64,000 nt of DNA from Microgenomates group bacterium Gr01-1014_5 (GCA_007376395.1 VMGE01000004.1:6431-70430), one strand, 5' to 3'; shown: positions 27,035-37,709, counted from the first letter of the stretch. Translations and numbers: made by a program. Notes: generated by a model not told the origin, from the letters alone.

Positions 27035-27823
27035 ATGTCTGCCAAGAATAAAAGTATACAAACGACGGACGAGTCGGTTATAGTTGAGGAAGTACAACCT
27101 GCTGAAGAGACAGAGCAGACAGACACATCTGGCCAAAGTAGTACCGAAACAGCAGATACCCCTGCCATAGACACTTCTGCCCAACCAAGTGCTGATGTTA
27201 CGGATTCGTCCGCTAGCAACACGCCCGAGACAGAACAACAACCAGAAATGGAACAACACGATACAGAACAAACACAAACCCCTAAAGCAAATGATTTTTT
27301 TGGTGCTCCTCCTGAGCCGTCAAAGGGCGGAATCCCCAAAGTCTTAATAGCAGTTATCTTACTTATTGTTGCCGGAGGCGCGGCAAGTTTTATGTTCCTT
27401 GGCGGTGGAGGGCAGTTTTTAGGGGTTAAAACAGAAGCAACTCCCGCTCCGATTACGGAAGAAATTCCAACCCCCATGCCTTCACCAGAGACAGAAGTGA
27501 TTGATTTAACAGAATTTACTGTTAGAGTTCTTAACGGGACAGGAACTGCCGGAGAAGCGGGCAAAGTAAAGGTTTTATTAGAGGAAGCTGGATTTGAAGA
27601 AATTAAGACGGGTAATGCGCCTTCAGATGACAATACTATAACCACAGTTTCTGCAAAAGCAGACGTTCCGGCAGGAGCGGTAAAAGCTATAGAAAATGCC
27701 TTGAAAGGCACATTTACAACCGAGGCTGGAGACGCGCTGGCAGAAGACTCTGATTATGACATCGTGGTAACTACCGGCGGCGCGAGTGCAAAAGACGCTA
27801 CCGGATCTGCAGAAGAAGAGTAA
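27035..27823 (+). CDS. LytR C-terminal domain membrane protein
   Basis: Acidic N-tail, TM, VRVLNGTGTAGEAG, DIVVTTG. Confidence 0.85.
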   Translation: MSAKNKSIQTTDESVIVEEVQPAEETEQTDTSGQSSTETADTPAIDTSAQPSADVTDSSASNTPETEQQPEMEQHDTEQTQTPKANDFFGAPPEPSKGGIPKVLIAVILLIVAGGAASFMFLGGGGQFLGVKTEATPAPITEEIPTPMPSPETEVIDLTEFTVRVLNGTGTAGEAGKVKVLLEEAGFEEIKTGNAPSDDNTITTVSAKADVPAGAVKAIENALKGTFTTEAGDALAEDSDYDIVVTTGGASAKDATGSAEEE

Positions 27824-27837
27824 CGGCCCATTAAAAT

Positions 27838-29940
27838 ATGGCAGTTCAAGCAGAAACACTCAGAGAATTAACTGCCGAAAGACTTCAATTTATAAGTGCC
27901 GCACTAGCCAGAAAAGCTGCTAATGAATACTCAGAAGGAAACCCCGATATAGCTGACGCAAGCTTGCGATTAGGTGTTGACATAGCTGAAACAAGACAGC
28001 GTCTTCGAGTAGAGTTAACAGAAATTGCCGCCAGGTTGCGTGGTCTTGGGTTAGACGATCTCGAAGGAACAACAATATCTCCACCGGTTGTTCCTGCAAA
28101 GGAAAATTTACCACCGGAAAATCCCTACGGAAAGCTTTGGATAGGATTGGGAAGAAAACCAGTTAATGTATATGCGATGGGCACGGCTCTTTTCTCATTA
28201 AACGAAAATGGCACTTTATTACACAAGTCAAAAGATGAAGTAGTAGACGCTGCAAATTTAGGGAGTCATCCTAATTTTCAGACCACAAGAATAGATTTAA
28301 GAGATAAAATGTTGAAAATTGGTGAAGAGGAGTGCCTGACAATCTTTTCGGGTTTGAATAAATGCCTTGAGATAGCCAGAAAAGAAGTTCCCAATAGACC
28401 GTTTGCTGATTGCTTACAATATTTAATGTATGACAGGTTTTATCCCCCTTCGCGAACCGAGAGCGTTAGCTCGCAGGTCAGAGCGAAGTGTTGTTCGCTT
28501 CGGAGGGATTCCGCTCCCGACGAAGCGCGGGGAGAAGATACTCCGACCGTCAGGTCGTGGGAGCTTCATGGCGTGGAAAAAGAACCTGTTGAATCAGCCA
28601 CAGAGCCTAATAAAAGGAATGGGCAAAGACAGGAAACGCTAGTCAGAGAGTTATTCGCTTTGAACGAAGAACAGACAGGTTTGCGTCATCAGGATTTTAA
28701 CCAGGTGGTCGAGTCAGCATACGCTGATAAGTTAAAAGGCATAGATGGTCAAAGAAGGGAAAAGCAGATCAGAATTAATCAATCGAGCGGTTATCAATCC
28801 AGGAACTTGATAAGGAGTCGTATTGCAATGCAAGGCGAAGAATGGGTAGTGTTTAAATATCCGGACGTAAAAACGTTTCTTGTTTGGGCAAGACAACAAC
28901 CCCAATTTGCCAAGATGTGGAGTTTTCTTGATTTGGTAGATTATGGTCTAAGGCTCAAGAAGGTTGAGGTGGCAATTACGCCTGTTCAGCCTGTGGTTGA
29001 AACCCCAATTATTGCACCAAGTCCAAACGGCGCAGTCGCGGAAACTGAGCAAACTATTTATTCTGCACCTCTTGAGCCAAAAACCGAACCAGAACCAGAA
29101 CAGCCGAGCGTTACTATTAATAATTCTACTTATTTCCACTTACTGACTATTTTGCGTGAAGTTGATTCTGAAAAAGGAAGAGAGTTTAACCTAAGCTTTA
29201 CTAGAGAAGATAGAAGTTTGATAGCTATTTACCATTCAAGACTCCGCTCTGTGCTTTCTTTAAGAGATTTATCACGAGAAGGTATTAATATTCTCATCCA
29301 GGCTGTACGTTTACTGCAAAACAAAGCCATGGTTGTTAACGAGGTTGCTGTTGCGGGTGTAGAAAGCTCAAAAATACTAGCCGAAGTAGCAAAATCAAAC
29401 GCAGACTTTATAAATTTTATTAGGAGCAAGAGAAAAACTTTCAAACCAAGTGTGCAAGTTGTTGAGCGGGTGGAAGCTAAGGAAGCCCCAAAAACCCTAA
29501 AATTAAGTACTGGTGAGAGGTTTTGGTTGGTCAAGGCTGCTTGTGAACTGCCTCCGGCTGATTACAGATTCTCAGGTATTCCGGATTCGCATCTTCCGAC
29601 AAATACTTGGAGGTTAAGAATTGGAGAAGAAGTGTTGGGACTTTTATCTGAGCCTATTTTGCTTGAACAAAAAGACGAAGACATAGAAAGTCTTAGGGAA
29701 AAAATCTGGGGTGCGTACTGTGAAGGCAGAAAGAGTGAATTTTTTCACGCAAACAGCGCTTATAAAGCAAAAGAAGTTTTAGAACTTTTGTTTAGCATTG
29801 ATGATAAAAGAAGTTTTGCTACAATACTTGATCGTCTAATAGAAGTCGCAAGGAAAGCCTCGACCGATAAGGTTGTGGTTGATCCCAACTGGATGATTCA
29901 AGCAAGACATATGTCCCCTTCGATAGCTCGACAAGCCTAA
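27838..29940 (+). CDS. Large hypothetical protein with probable in-frame structured insertion
   Basis: 700-aa ORF; GC-rich hairpin block near 28434-28568. Confidence 0.7.
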   Translation: MAVQAETLRELTAERLQFISAALARKAANEYSEGNPDIADASLRLGVDIAETRQRLRVELTEIAARLRGLGLDDLEGTTISPPVVPAKENLPPENPYGKLWIGLGRKPVNVYAMGTALFSLNENGTLLHKSKDEVVDAANLGSHPNFQTTRIDLRDKMLKIGEEECLTIFSGLNKCLEIARKEVPNRPFADCLQYLMYDRFYPPSRTESVSSQVRAKCCSLRRDSAPDEARGEDTPTVRSWELHGVEKEPVESATEPNKRNGQRQETLVRELFALNEEQTGLRHQDFNQVVESAYADKLKGIDGQRREKQIRINQSSGYQSRNLIRSRIAMQGEEWVVFKYPDVKTFLVWARQQPQFAKMWSFLDLVDYGLRLKKVEVAITPVQPVVETPIIAPSPNGAVAETEQTIYSAPLEPKTEPEPEQPSVTINNSTYFHLLTILREVDSEKGREFNLSFTREDRSLIAIYHSRLRSVLSLRDLSREGINILIQAVRLLQNKAMVVNEVAVAGVESSKILAEVAKSNADFINFIRSKRKTFKPSVQVVERVEAKEAPKTLKLSTGERFWLVKAACELPPADYRFSGIPDSHLPTNTWRLRIGEEVLGLLSEPILLEQKDEDIESLREKIWGAYCEGRKSEFFHANSAYKAKEVLELLFSIDDKRSFATILDRLIEVARKASTDKVVVDPNWMIQARHMSPSIARQA

Positions 29941-29948
29941 TTTAATTC

Positions 29949-30686
29949 ATGCATTTTCTGGTAGTTCTTATAATTTCTCTAGCTGTTGCGGCCTTCGCGT
30001 TTTTTGGAAGTGGAAATATAAATAAACCCGAGGCGCCAGCCGACGGAGTTTACTCCCCGCAACCAGTTATTTCTGCGTCACCCTCCCCGGTTTTAAAATC
30101 AAAGGTTTTATTTGATGTGCCGTTTGTATCCCAAGCACCCACAGGAAACTGGGACGACCCGCGCCAGCAAGACGGGTGCGAAGAAGCTGCGGCTTATATG
30201 GTTATGTTGTGGGTAATGGGTAGTGAGGCACCAAAAACTCAAATAGAGCAAGAGAAGAAAATTGTTGAGATAGCGGATTGGGAAGAAGAGGAATATGGAA
30301 ATTATCACGATACAGCAGTTGAGGATACCGTCGAGAGGGTTTACCGCCAATACTTTAAATACGAGAAAGTAAAGGTGGTAAAAGACGTAACAGTAGAAAA
30401 AATAAAGCAGGAACTCTCAAGCGGCAATTTAGTTCAGGTTCCGGCAGACGGCAGAGCACTGGGTAATCCGAATTACACGGCACCTGGCCCCGAGCGCCAC
30501 AACTTACTGATAATCGGTTATGACGAGGCGAACGGCGAATTTATCACTAATGATAATGGAACCAGGAAGGGTAAAGGTTATCGTTATAAATACGAGGTGA
30601 TGATGTCTGCTATCCGCGATTATCCGACAGGTTATCACGAACCAATCACAGGTAAGCACAAGGCGATGATAGTAATTTCTAAATGA
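29949..30686 (+). CDS. C39-like peptidase
   Basis: VPFVSQAP..QDGCEEA, HNLLIIGYD, TNDNG. Confidence 0.85.
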   Translation: MHFLVVLIISLAVAAFAFFGSGNINKPEAPADGVYSPQPVISASPSPVLKSKVLFDVPFVSQAPTGNWDDPRQQDGCEEAAAYMVMLWVMGSEAPKTQIEQEKKIVEIADWEEEEYGNYHDTAVEDTVERVYRQYFKYEKVKVVKDVTVEKIKQELSSGNLVQVPADGRALGNPNYTAPGPERHNLLIIGYDEANGEFITNDNGTRKGKGYRYKYEVMMSAIRDYPTGYHEPITGKHKAMIVISK

Positions 30687-30761
30687 TAATATTTAAATTT
30701 TCTCCGTTCTACGTAGAATGGTAGAAAACAAGAAAAGTTAGACCTTTGATATAATTGATTT

Positions 30762-33194
30762 GTGTTCAAGCGTGAAAATATTTTAATTGCGAAGCAACAA
30801 GCTTTGCTTATCCTTCTTATTACACTTCTTCTGACAGGTATTGTTTTTAGGCAGTTTTTCACTAAAGGCTTTTTGCCTATCCCGGCAGATATTATTACGG
30901 CTGGATACTATCCTTGGGCAGATTCCTCCTGGGGTTATCCTGTCCGTGTCCCAATTAAAAATAGTTTGCCGTCTGACGTCCCCTCGCTTCTATACCCCTG
31001 GCGCGTCCAGGCTTTAGAAATTTTTAAGTCAGGCTATCTCCCTCTTTGGAATCATACAATTCTTTTAGGTACTCCGCTTTTTGCTAACTTTCAGTCTGCA
31101 GTTCTAAATCCTGTCAATGTTTTGTTTTTTGTCTTACCGACGAAACTTGCCTGGAGTTGGCAAGTCATTTTACAAATACCTTTATTATTTTTAACTACGT
31201 TTCTTTTTCTTAGGAATTTAAAACTTTCCTTGCCGGCGACTGTATTCGGCGCTTTATGTTTTACGCTTTCCGGACAAGTATTAGTTTGGCTTGAATATAA
31301 CACTCTAGTTTACACTTATATTTACTTTCCCTTATTGTTTTTTCTAGTAGATTCTGGTTATCCTTTGAACACGCTTTACACCTTGGTTTTTCTTGCTCTT
31401 TATTTTTTATATCGAATACTTCGTTCTGGAAATGTAACCCCCGGGAAATTCATTCTCTTGTTTCTGGGAATTATTGGGGGTTTAGGTTTATCAGCAATCC
31501 AACTGATTCCCGGGCAAGAAATGGCTAACCTTTCTGTCCGCGCGTTTGATAATACCGCTATTGCAGGAGACGTCAAATATTTACCCCTTTCTCATATTCT
31601 TAGTTTTTTTATGCCCGACTTGTTTGGCAACCCCGGTACGCAAAATTATTGGAGTTCGGGAAGTTTTGATAACTTTTCGTTTTTTATACCTGCAGTAGGG
31701 GCTTACTTTTTTCTTCTCTCACTTTTTACCAGGACTGCCTTTAGAAGAGGGAACTTGATCTTTTTACTATTTTGCGTCATATCTCTTTTTTGGGCGGTCG
31801 CGAGTCCGTTAACAGAAGCTTTTGGAAGTTTAAGTTTTGCAGGAATTGGAGCGGCAGTTAACACTCGGGTATTGTTTATTTTTACTTTTAGCGCCTCGGT
31901 TTTGGCAGCATTTGGATTTGAGGAAGTCTTAAAAAACAAGGTGAGTTTATTCTGTAAAATTTTGCCTTTAACTGTCTTTTTTGCAATTGTTTTAGCTTTT
32001 TTAATAGCTTATCAGGCTTCCCAAAAGTTAGAAAAAGAAGTAGAGGATCTTGTGGCAAGTAATATTTCTCCTAGTGCACTTTTTACAGACGCGGGTGAAA
32101 ACGCACTAAATTCTGCCCGAGAGGGAATTAGTAATTTCAAAATTGGTTTGCGCAACACTGTAATTCCAACCTCGGTTGCCCTCCTAACCTTTGCCCTGAT
32201 AACAATTAATTTTAGGAGGTTTAATATGTTGGTAATTCCGCTTTTGGTTTTAGCAGTCTTGCCGACGTTTGATAAATATCTTTCGTTCGTGCGGCCTGAT
32301 TTAGTTTTCCCAGAGACTCAAGCAATGACTCGTTTGCAAGAGTTAACAGGAATTCATAGATTTGAACGCGAAAAAGCAGAGATATTACCTTCCAACACGT
32401 GGTCATTATATGGATTGAGCTCTCCTTCCGGACAAAACGCATTTGCCCCGCTTTCTGCTGTTCGTTATCTAGATATGATCAATCGTGGAAAACTTGACGA
32501 CCGCTTGTTAACCCGTTTTGTGCATGTTGAAAACACAAAGTCGCCCCTTTTCGATACGTTGGATATCGAAACTGTGGCTTACTTGGATCGACACGTAAAA
32601 GAATCCATACCTTACAAAGACGGTAGGCCATTCCCCTGGATTATGCCAAACGATTTTACCGAACTTGCCAATATCGATACTGTCAGAATTTATAAAAATA
32701 CGAACAATTTAGGTTCCGCCTGGTTTGCCAAGAATGTTATTTGCGAACACGATTTGGCAAAAAGTTCTCAGATTTTGACGGCAGAAGGTTTTAATCCCCG
32801 CGAGACTGCTGTGGTTTCCTGTAGTCAGGGTATAGTTGACGCCGACCTAGGCGAGGCAAAACTATTAGAGAAACAGCCCAACGGTCTGAATTTTTTAGTT
32901 AACACGCCGGAAGGGAATTATTTAGTTCTTTCCCAAACTAACTTTCCCGGTTGGAAGGCGTATATTGACGGAGGAGAAAGCTCAATAACACCAGCCAACA
33001 TCGGCCTCTCTGCCGTGTATGTCCCGCAAGGCAAACACGAAATAGAGTTAAAATACGAGCCTTTGAGTATTAAGGCCGGCTCTGTTATTTCTGGTTTTAC
33101 CTTAATTGGTTGGATATTGATTTGTTATCTGAATGTAATTAAAATCAGGTCAACTGCTCGCAATATATGGCAAAAGAAAGATGGGCTTCATTAA
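30762..33194 (+). CDS. YfhO-like GT-C membrane glycosyltransferase
   Basis: PLWN..LLGTPLFANFQ, many TMs, FPGWKAYIDG..VPQGKHEIELKYEP. Confidence 0.85.
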   Translation: MFKRENILIAKQQALLILLITLLLTGIVFRQFFTKGFLPIPADIITAGYYPWADSSWGYPVRVPIKNSLPSDVPSLLYPWRVQALEIFKSGYLPLWNHTILLGTPLFANFQSAVLNPVNVLFFVLPTKLAWSWQVILQIPLLFLTTFLFLRNLKLSLPATVFGALCFTLSGQVLVWLEYNTLVYTYIYFPLLFFLVDSGYPLNTLYTLVFLALYFLYRILRSGNVTPGKFILLFLGIIGGLGLSAIQLIPGQEMANLSVRAFDNTAIAGDVKYLPLSHILSFFMPDLFGNPGTQNYWSSGSFDNFSFFIPAVGAYFFLLSLFTRTAFRRGNLIFLLFCVISLFWAVASPLTEAFGSLSFAGIGAAVNTRVLFIFTFSASVLAAFGFEEVLKNKVSLFCKILPLTVFFAIVLAFLIAYQASQKLEKEVEDLVASNISPSALFTDAGENALNSAREGISNFKIGLRNTVIPTSVALLTFALITINFRRFNMLVIPLLVLAVLPTFDKYLSFVRPDLVFPETQAMTRLQELTGIHRFEREKAEILPSNTWSLYGLSSPSGQNAFAPLSAVRYLDMINRGKLDDRLLTRFVHVENTKSPLFDTLDIETVAYLDRHVKESIPYKDGRPFPWIMPNDFTELANIDTVRIYKNTNNLGSAWFAKNVICEHDLAKSSQILTAEGFNPRETAVVSCSQGIVDADLGEAKLLEKQPNGLNFLVNTPEGNYLVLSQTNFPGWKAYIDGGESSITPANIGLSAVYVPQGKHEIELKYEPLSIKAGSVISGFTLIGWILICYLNVIKIRSTARNIWQKKDGLH

Positions 33195-33816
33195 TCAGTG
33201 GCGGCGGTTCAACGATGTTTGAAATGGCCAGCGCAATTCAGAGCGGAGAAATAGAGATGGAGGCAGCCTGTGTAATTGCGAGCACTCCCGAGGCAGGTGG
33301 GCTGATAAAGGCTCAAACTTTAGGTATACCTGTTGAAGTTGTTAACCCAAAGGATTATACAGGGGCAGATGGCAAAGTAGACTTATACGCTTTTGGAGTT
33401 GCAAACCTCGCTGTATTAAGAAAGTATGGAGCAACAGTAGTTACTCAAAACGGCTATCTTGCCCGCACTTCTGATATTGTCATCGACGCCTTCCGCGACT
33501 CAATTTTTAACCAACACCCAGGGCCCAAGCGTGAAACCCACGGAACCAAAGGTACGCAACCCCACGCGATTATGCTTTATATTGCGCAAGCTACCGGGCG
33601 CAACCGCGGTACAGAAGTTATTACTCACCGCGTTAACTCTAAATGGGATGATGGGCTCTTCCGGTAGAGCATAAACTCCAAATTACGCTTTTACAGCAAA
33701 TTGTAAAAGGTGAAGTTTGTGAGGTTGAAATTGCAAGACGATATACGGCCATACGCGAAGAGGAAATTTTACGGTCTGCACGGGTTTATGCCCGAAAAAG
33801 ATATCCTAATGGTTAA
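33167..33816 (+). pseudogene. purN: GAR transformylase, internal deletion and frameshift near 33654
   Basis: LISGGGST, NQHPG, HRV..WDDG, then other frame ALPVEHKLQITLL...YPNG* overlapping purD ATG. Confidence 0.85.
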
Positions 33817-35137
33817 AGAAAGAGGGCAGACAGTTTTAGTTGTGGACGGTGGTGGAAGGGGGTCGGCTCTAGTACATAAATACTCGCTCTCTCACCGAGT
33901 CTCCAGAATTTTGTGTATCCCAGGAAACGATCTAAACGGACTTAATTCTAAAAAACCGGTCAAGATTTATCCTCACCTTGAGACAACTTCAGTCAGCCAA
34001 ATAGTTGAAATTTGTAAAAAAGAGAAGGTCGACTTGGTTGACGTTAACCAAGATAACGCAGTAGAGGCGGGTTTGACTGATGAACTGATTAAGAACGGAA
34101 TTAAGGCAATCGGACCGTCAAAACTTGCCGGGCAGATTGAATGGGACAAAGCTTGGGCTCGGGATTTTATGAAGAAATATAAAATTCCGCAACCAAAATA
34201 CCACGTATGTAATTCTCAAAAAGAGGGGATTACTTATATCAAAAAACAAAAAGACGGGAAGTGGTTTGTTAAAGCAGCAGGACTGGCGTTTGGCAAAGGA
34301 GCGCTTCCTGCTGAAAATAATAAACGGGCAATAGAAAGGATTAAGGAGATGAATAAATTTGGTAAATCTGGTGACACTTACGTAATTGAGGAGTGGTTAG
34401 AAGGTGAAGAATTTTCATTGTTCGTGCTTTGTGATAGTATCTCATACCACATAGTCGGTTGTGCTCAAGATCACAAACGAATGTATAACTGGGATTTAGG
34501 AGAAAACACCGGTGGTATCGGTTGCAGTACTCCACCTTTAGTTGTTGCTCCGAAAGTTTTGCGCGAGACCGATAGAAATATAATTAAAAAGACAGTTGAC
34601 GGGTTAAAAAAAGAAGGAAGAGAATTTAAAGGAATTTTGTATTTGGGAGCTATCATAGTCCGTGGTAAGGTATACGTAATTGAATTCAATGCTCGCTGGG
34701 GGAGCCCTGAGGCAGAAGTTTTGGTTCCGGCAATTGTGAATGATTTATTTGTAGTTTCAGATGCGATGGCCGAAGGTAGATTGTCAAAAATACATGTAAG
34801 GGTAGATAAAAAAGCCAGAGTAGCGGTGACACTTTCCTTAAGGGAAAACCCGACACCCGTGAACTCTAAGGTTGGTAGAAGAATTTATGGTATAGACCAA
34901 GTAAAACTAATTCCAGGTGTTACGCTGTATGGGGCAAGAGTTAGTAAGAAGGGTAACAAATACTATGCCGGATCCGGAAGACTGCTTCATATTGTGGGGG
35001 AGGGAAAAAATGTAATTGAGGCAAGGGAGAAAGCGTATCAGGCCGCATCACTTTTTTCTGTTGAAGGAAATAATCTTCATTATAGAACCGACATCGGCTG
35101 GCGGGACGTGGAGAGATTAAGGGTGGGAAACGCTTGA
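33809..35137 (+). CDS. purD: Phosphoribosylamine-glycine ligase
   Basis: GGGRG, IEWDK, KAAGLAFGKG, QDHKR, NTGG, EFNARWG, YRTDIG. Confidence 0.95.
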   Translation: MVKERGQTVLVVDGGGRGSALVHKYSLSHRVSRILCIPGNDLNGLNSKKPVKIYPHLETTSVSQIVEICKKEKVDLVDVNQDNAVEAGLTDELIKNGIKAIGPSKLAGQIEWDKAWARDFMKKYKIPQPKYHVCNSQKEGITYIKKQKDGKWFVKAAGLAFGKGALPAENNKRAIERIKEMNKFGKSGDTYVIEEWLEGEEFSLFVLCDSISYHIVGCAQDHKRMYNWDLGENTGGIGCSTPPLVVAPKVLRETDRNIIKKTVDGLKKEGREFKGILYLGAIIVRGKVYVIEFNARWGSPEAEVLVPAIVNDLFVVSDAMAEGRLSKIHVRVDKKARVAVTLSLRENPTPVNSKVGRRIYGIDQVKLIPGVTLYGARVSKKGNKYYAGSGRLLHIVGEGKNVIEAREKAYQAASLFSVEGNNLHYRTDIGWRDVERLRVGNA

Positions 35138-35166
35138 TCAAGCTCTGAAAGACAATGTCGTAAATT

Positions 35167-35197
35167 TAGCTTCGCAAGGTCTCTCCTTGCGAAGCTG
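35167..35197. repeat. REP-like palindrome
   Basis: tagcttcgcaagg tctct ccttgcgaagctg. Confidence 0.8.
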
Positions 35198-35209
35198 ACT
35201 TCAGCGCAC

Positions 35210-35232
35210 TGTTTAAGGCGCCCCCTTAAACA
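35210..35232. repeat. Palindromic direct repeat, left copy
   Basis: tgtttaagg cgccc ccttaaaca; 21/23 identical to 37130-37152. Confidence 0.8.
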
Positions 35233-35271
35233 ACCCAAACATTTTAGAAAAATGTTATATATACTTAAATT

Positions 35272-37128
35272 ATGAGTGAAAATGGCGAATCTGGCTCAAT
35301 ACCAAAAACTACTCCACCTTTTATTCGAGAATTTTCAAAAGTTAACAGTAAAGATGACCGCCTCGCTCTTGCACAGGAATTGAGAGCAAAACGGGCAGAA
35401 TATTTTGAGAGAAAAAGTTCTTTAACACAAAAATCATCAGAGGTTGCAATCAACATAGAGCAAACAGGAGAGCAGAAAAAAGCTGCTTTGGAAAATTTAG
35501 GAAACACACTTGAGGCAATCAATTCACTTCCAAGCCGCTGGTACGATAAGGTTTTAAATCTGTATAGAATTGTCAAATTAAATGCTCAAAAAGGAACCGA
35601 AAGTAGAGTTGCCAGTGAATTGCAAAAAGCAGAAGAGAGCCTGAATGAAGAGGAAAGTAAAATTGAAAAAGAGCTTAAAATACCTGGAAAAGATTTGGAA
35701 TTGGGAGAGGCTCGGCGCATGCTTGCTGGTTTTTACGAGAGACAAACCAAGCTTTGGCAGGAAGCGCCAATTGATCCAAAAGATCTCGAATATCTGCACG
35801 AATCTTATTTATCAAAACTAAATTTAGATCAATATATAACTTTGTTAAAAAAGTTTCCTTCCCGATTTTTAACACATGTAACAAGGCAGGGAATTAGGGA
35901 TCATATATCCCACCACGCGGTTCATCATGGCGATTTTATTGACGGTTTTGTTGATATTTTAAAAGCAGGAAAGCTTGATTCGGTTGTGAGCCAAATATTT
36001 AGAAACGGATTAAAAGATGAAGCAGTTGCAGAATTTTTAGGTCTTGAGAGGTACAAAAAATATGAAGAAGAAAGTTTAAAAAGACAATATGCGGATGAGC
36101 AGATGATGGGAGTTTATATTAGGAATATGGGTACTGAGCCTGCTATGCAATTTGTTAAGAAGAAGGTAAGAGACGAAACATTGAGCTCAGTTATACAAAA
36201 TCCTAATTCGCCTAGAATTTTTAGAGACAAGTCGTCTATACATTTCGCGTTTGACTGGGTTGCGGATTGTTATTATGGAGGTGAATCGGGAAACGAAATA
36301 TTTTTTGCGCTTCCTGCTGTATATGCGGCTTCAGAGTTGGGGTTAACAAGCGGTATTTCAAGAGAAAAAGAAACATATGAAAATTTTTCAAGAGTAGAAG
36401 CCGATGGTTGGAATGATGTTTGGGTTAATGGCGTCAAAAACGGAATAAACATTAATACTGCCATAGTTTTTATTCCGGCAAATACTCAAGTAGATAGAAA
36501 TACAGGTTCGCAATATGAATTGGATGAGAATTTAAAACCGGTTGAAAATAGCGAGCTGATAAACGAGGTTGTTAAACTCATGCGCAGGCCGGATATAGTT
36601 GATTATGCAAAAAAAAGCTTGCTTGCACATACTGCAGATTATGAAAAAGTGTCAGACCTAGAAGAATTAACCGGACTTAAAAGTGATTTGCTTTACATTG
36701 TTGCTAGAAATTTATCTACTGTAAGATTTCTTGACGAATTAGAATCACGCGACCCTTCAATTGATCCAGGGGGCGGCAAACAAAACTATATAAACAATGG
36801 CGGCGCATATAATGAGGTGAGGAAGATGCTATCCCAAGGCGGATATAATTTTAAGCTAAGCTCTGACACAATTTCTTCAAAAGATTATTGGGAAGACTTT
36901 TTTGCCAAAAATCCGAACCTGAAGCCAACAAAAATTGTTTATTACAGAGGTAGTCCTGAACGGGCTTTGGATGAATTTTACAAAAATAACGGGCTAGGGA
37001 CGGGGGACGCAGGTAAATTTTCCAATGTTGAAAAAGGTAAATTAAACGATCAGGAAATAAACGACGACTATAAAAGATTTATGGATATCGCCAAGGGAGT
37101 TATTGAGCGGTATTTTGCAGACAATTAA
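35272..37128 (+). CDS. Hypothetical protein with N-terminal coiled coil
   Basis: 618-aa ORF; THVTRQGIRDH, YYGGESGNEIFF look conserved but are unassigned. Confidence 0.75.
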   Translation: MSENGESGSIPKTTPPFIREFSKVNSKDDRLALAQELRAKRAEYFERKSSLTQKSSEVAINIEQTGEQKKAALENLGNTLEAINSLPSRWYDKVLNLYRIVKLNAQKGTESRVASELQKAEESLNEEESKIEKELKIPGKDLELGEARRMLAGFYERQTKLWQEAPIDPKDLEYLHESYLSKLNLDQYITLLKKFPSRFLTHVTRQGIRDHISHHAVHHGDFIDGFVDILKAGKLDSVVSQIFRNGLKDEAVAEFLGLERYKKYEEESLKRQYADEQMMGVYIRNMGTEPAMQFVKKKVRDETLSSVIQNPNSPRIFRDKSSIHFAFDWVADCYYGGESGNEIFFALPAVYAASELGLTSGISREKETYENFSRVEADGWNDVWVNGVKNGININTAIVFIPANTQVDRNTGSQYELDENLKPVENSELINEVVKLMRRPDIVDYAKKSLLAHTADYEKVSDLEELTGLKSDLLYIVARNLSTVRFLDELESRDPSIDPGGGKQNYINNGGAYNEVRKMLSQGGYNFKLSSDTISSKDYWEDFFAKNPNLKPTKIVYYRGSPERALDEFYKNNGLGTGDAGKFSNVEKGKLNDQEINDDYKRFMDIAKGVIERYFADN

Positions 37129-37129
37129 C

Positions 37130-37152
37130 TATTTAAGGCGTCCCCTTAAACA
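37130..37152. repeat. Palindromic direct repeat, right copy
   Basis: tatttaagg cgtcc ccttaaaca. Confidence 0.8.
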
Positions 37153-37431
37153 GTTTTGCCGGCTTTACCGTTTGGATTTTCACTTTGAGCGTTGCGAAAA
37201 GCAAGGTTCTGCGGAGCAGATTCTTATTTCTCCATTGTTAATTTCAACCGTAAAATTATTTTCCTGCGGCATTTTGGAAAGCTGATCATTCAAAAGTTGC
37301 TGGCCGATACCTCCAAAAATATCGGGAAAGGGGTTAAAAGAGAGACCGCCTAAGCTAATTTTTGTTATCTGTTGCACTTCCATATTCTACTACTGGAAGT
37401 GTCGGATATTTAAGTTGAATACAACGCGGGT

Positions 37432-37460
37432 TTGACAAGTCAGTACATTGTCAGTACAAT
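37432..37460 (+). promoter_or_regulatory. TA promoter with direct-repeat operator
   Basis: TTGACA-17-TACAAT containing gtcagtaca twice. Confidence 0.6.
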
Positions 37461-37466
37461 GTTTGT

Positions 37467-37709
37467 ATGTATATTCAAAAACTCTATAAAAACGGCAATT
37501 CAGTGGCCGTTACCATACCTAAACAGGTTTTGAGAGAACTTGACCTTCGTGATGGCACAAAGGTTGTGGTCGAGAAGCGGGGACAAGAAGTAGTGCTTAA
37601 ATCTGCAAGGAAGGTTAAAGCTCCTGGAGTGGATGCAAAGTTTATGAAAATGGTTGACGAGTTTATGCTGGGACATGAAGACGTCCTTGCAGAACTTGCA
37701 AGAAAGTGA
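37467..37709 (+). CDS. AbrB/MazE-type antitoxin
   Basis: KNGNSVAVTIPK. Confidence 0.9.
   Translation: MYIQKLYKNGNSVAVTIPKQVLRELDLRDGTKVVVEKRGQEVVLKSARKVKAPGVDAKFMKMVDEFMLGHEDVLAELARK

Noticed and set aside
27031-27711. Long antisense ORFs (also 48296-48703, 55268-55639, 37484-37894)
   Set aside because: Shadows of well-supported genes on the opposite strand
37180-37383. 67-aa ORF on the minus strand
   Set aside because: No recognisable motif; may be a fragment and cannot be supported
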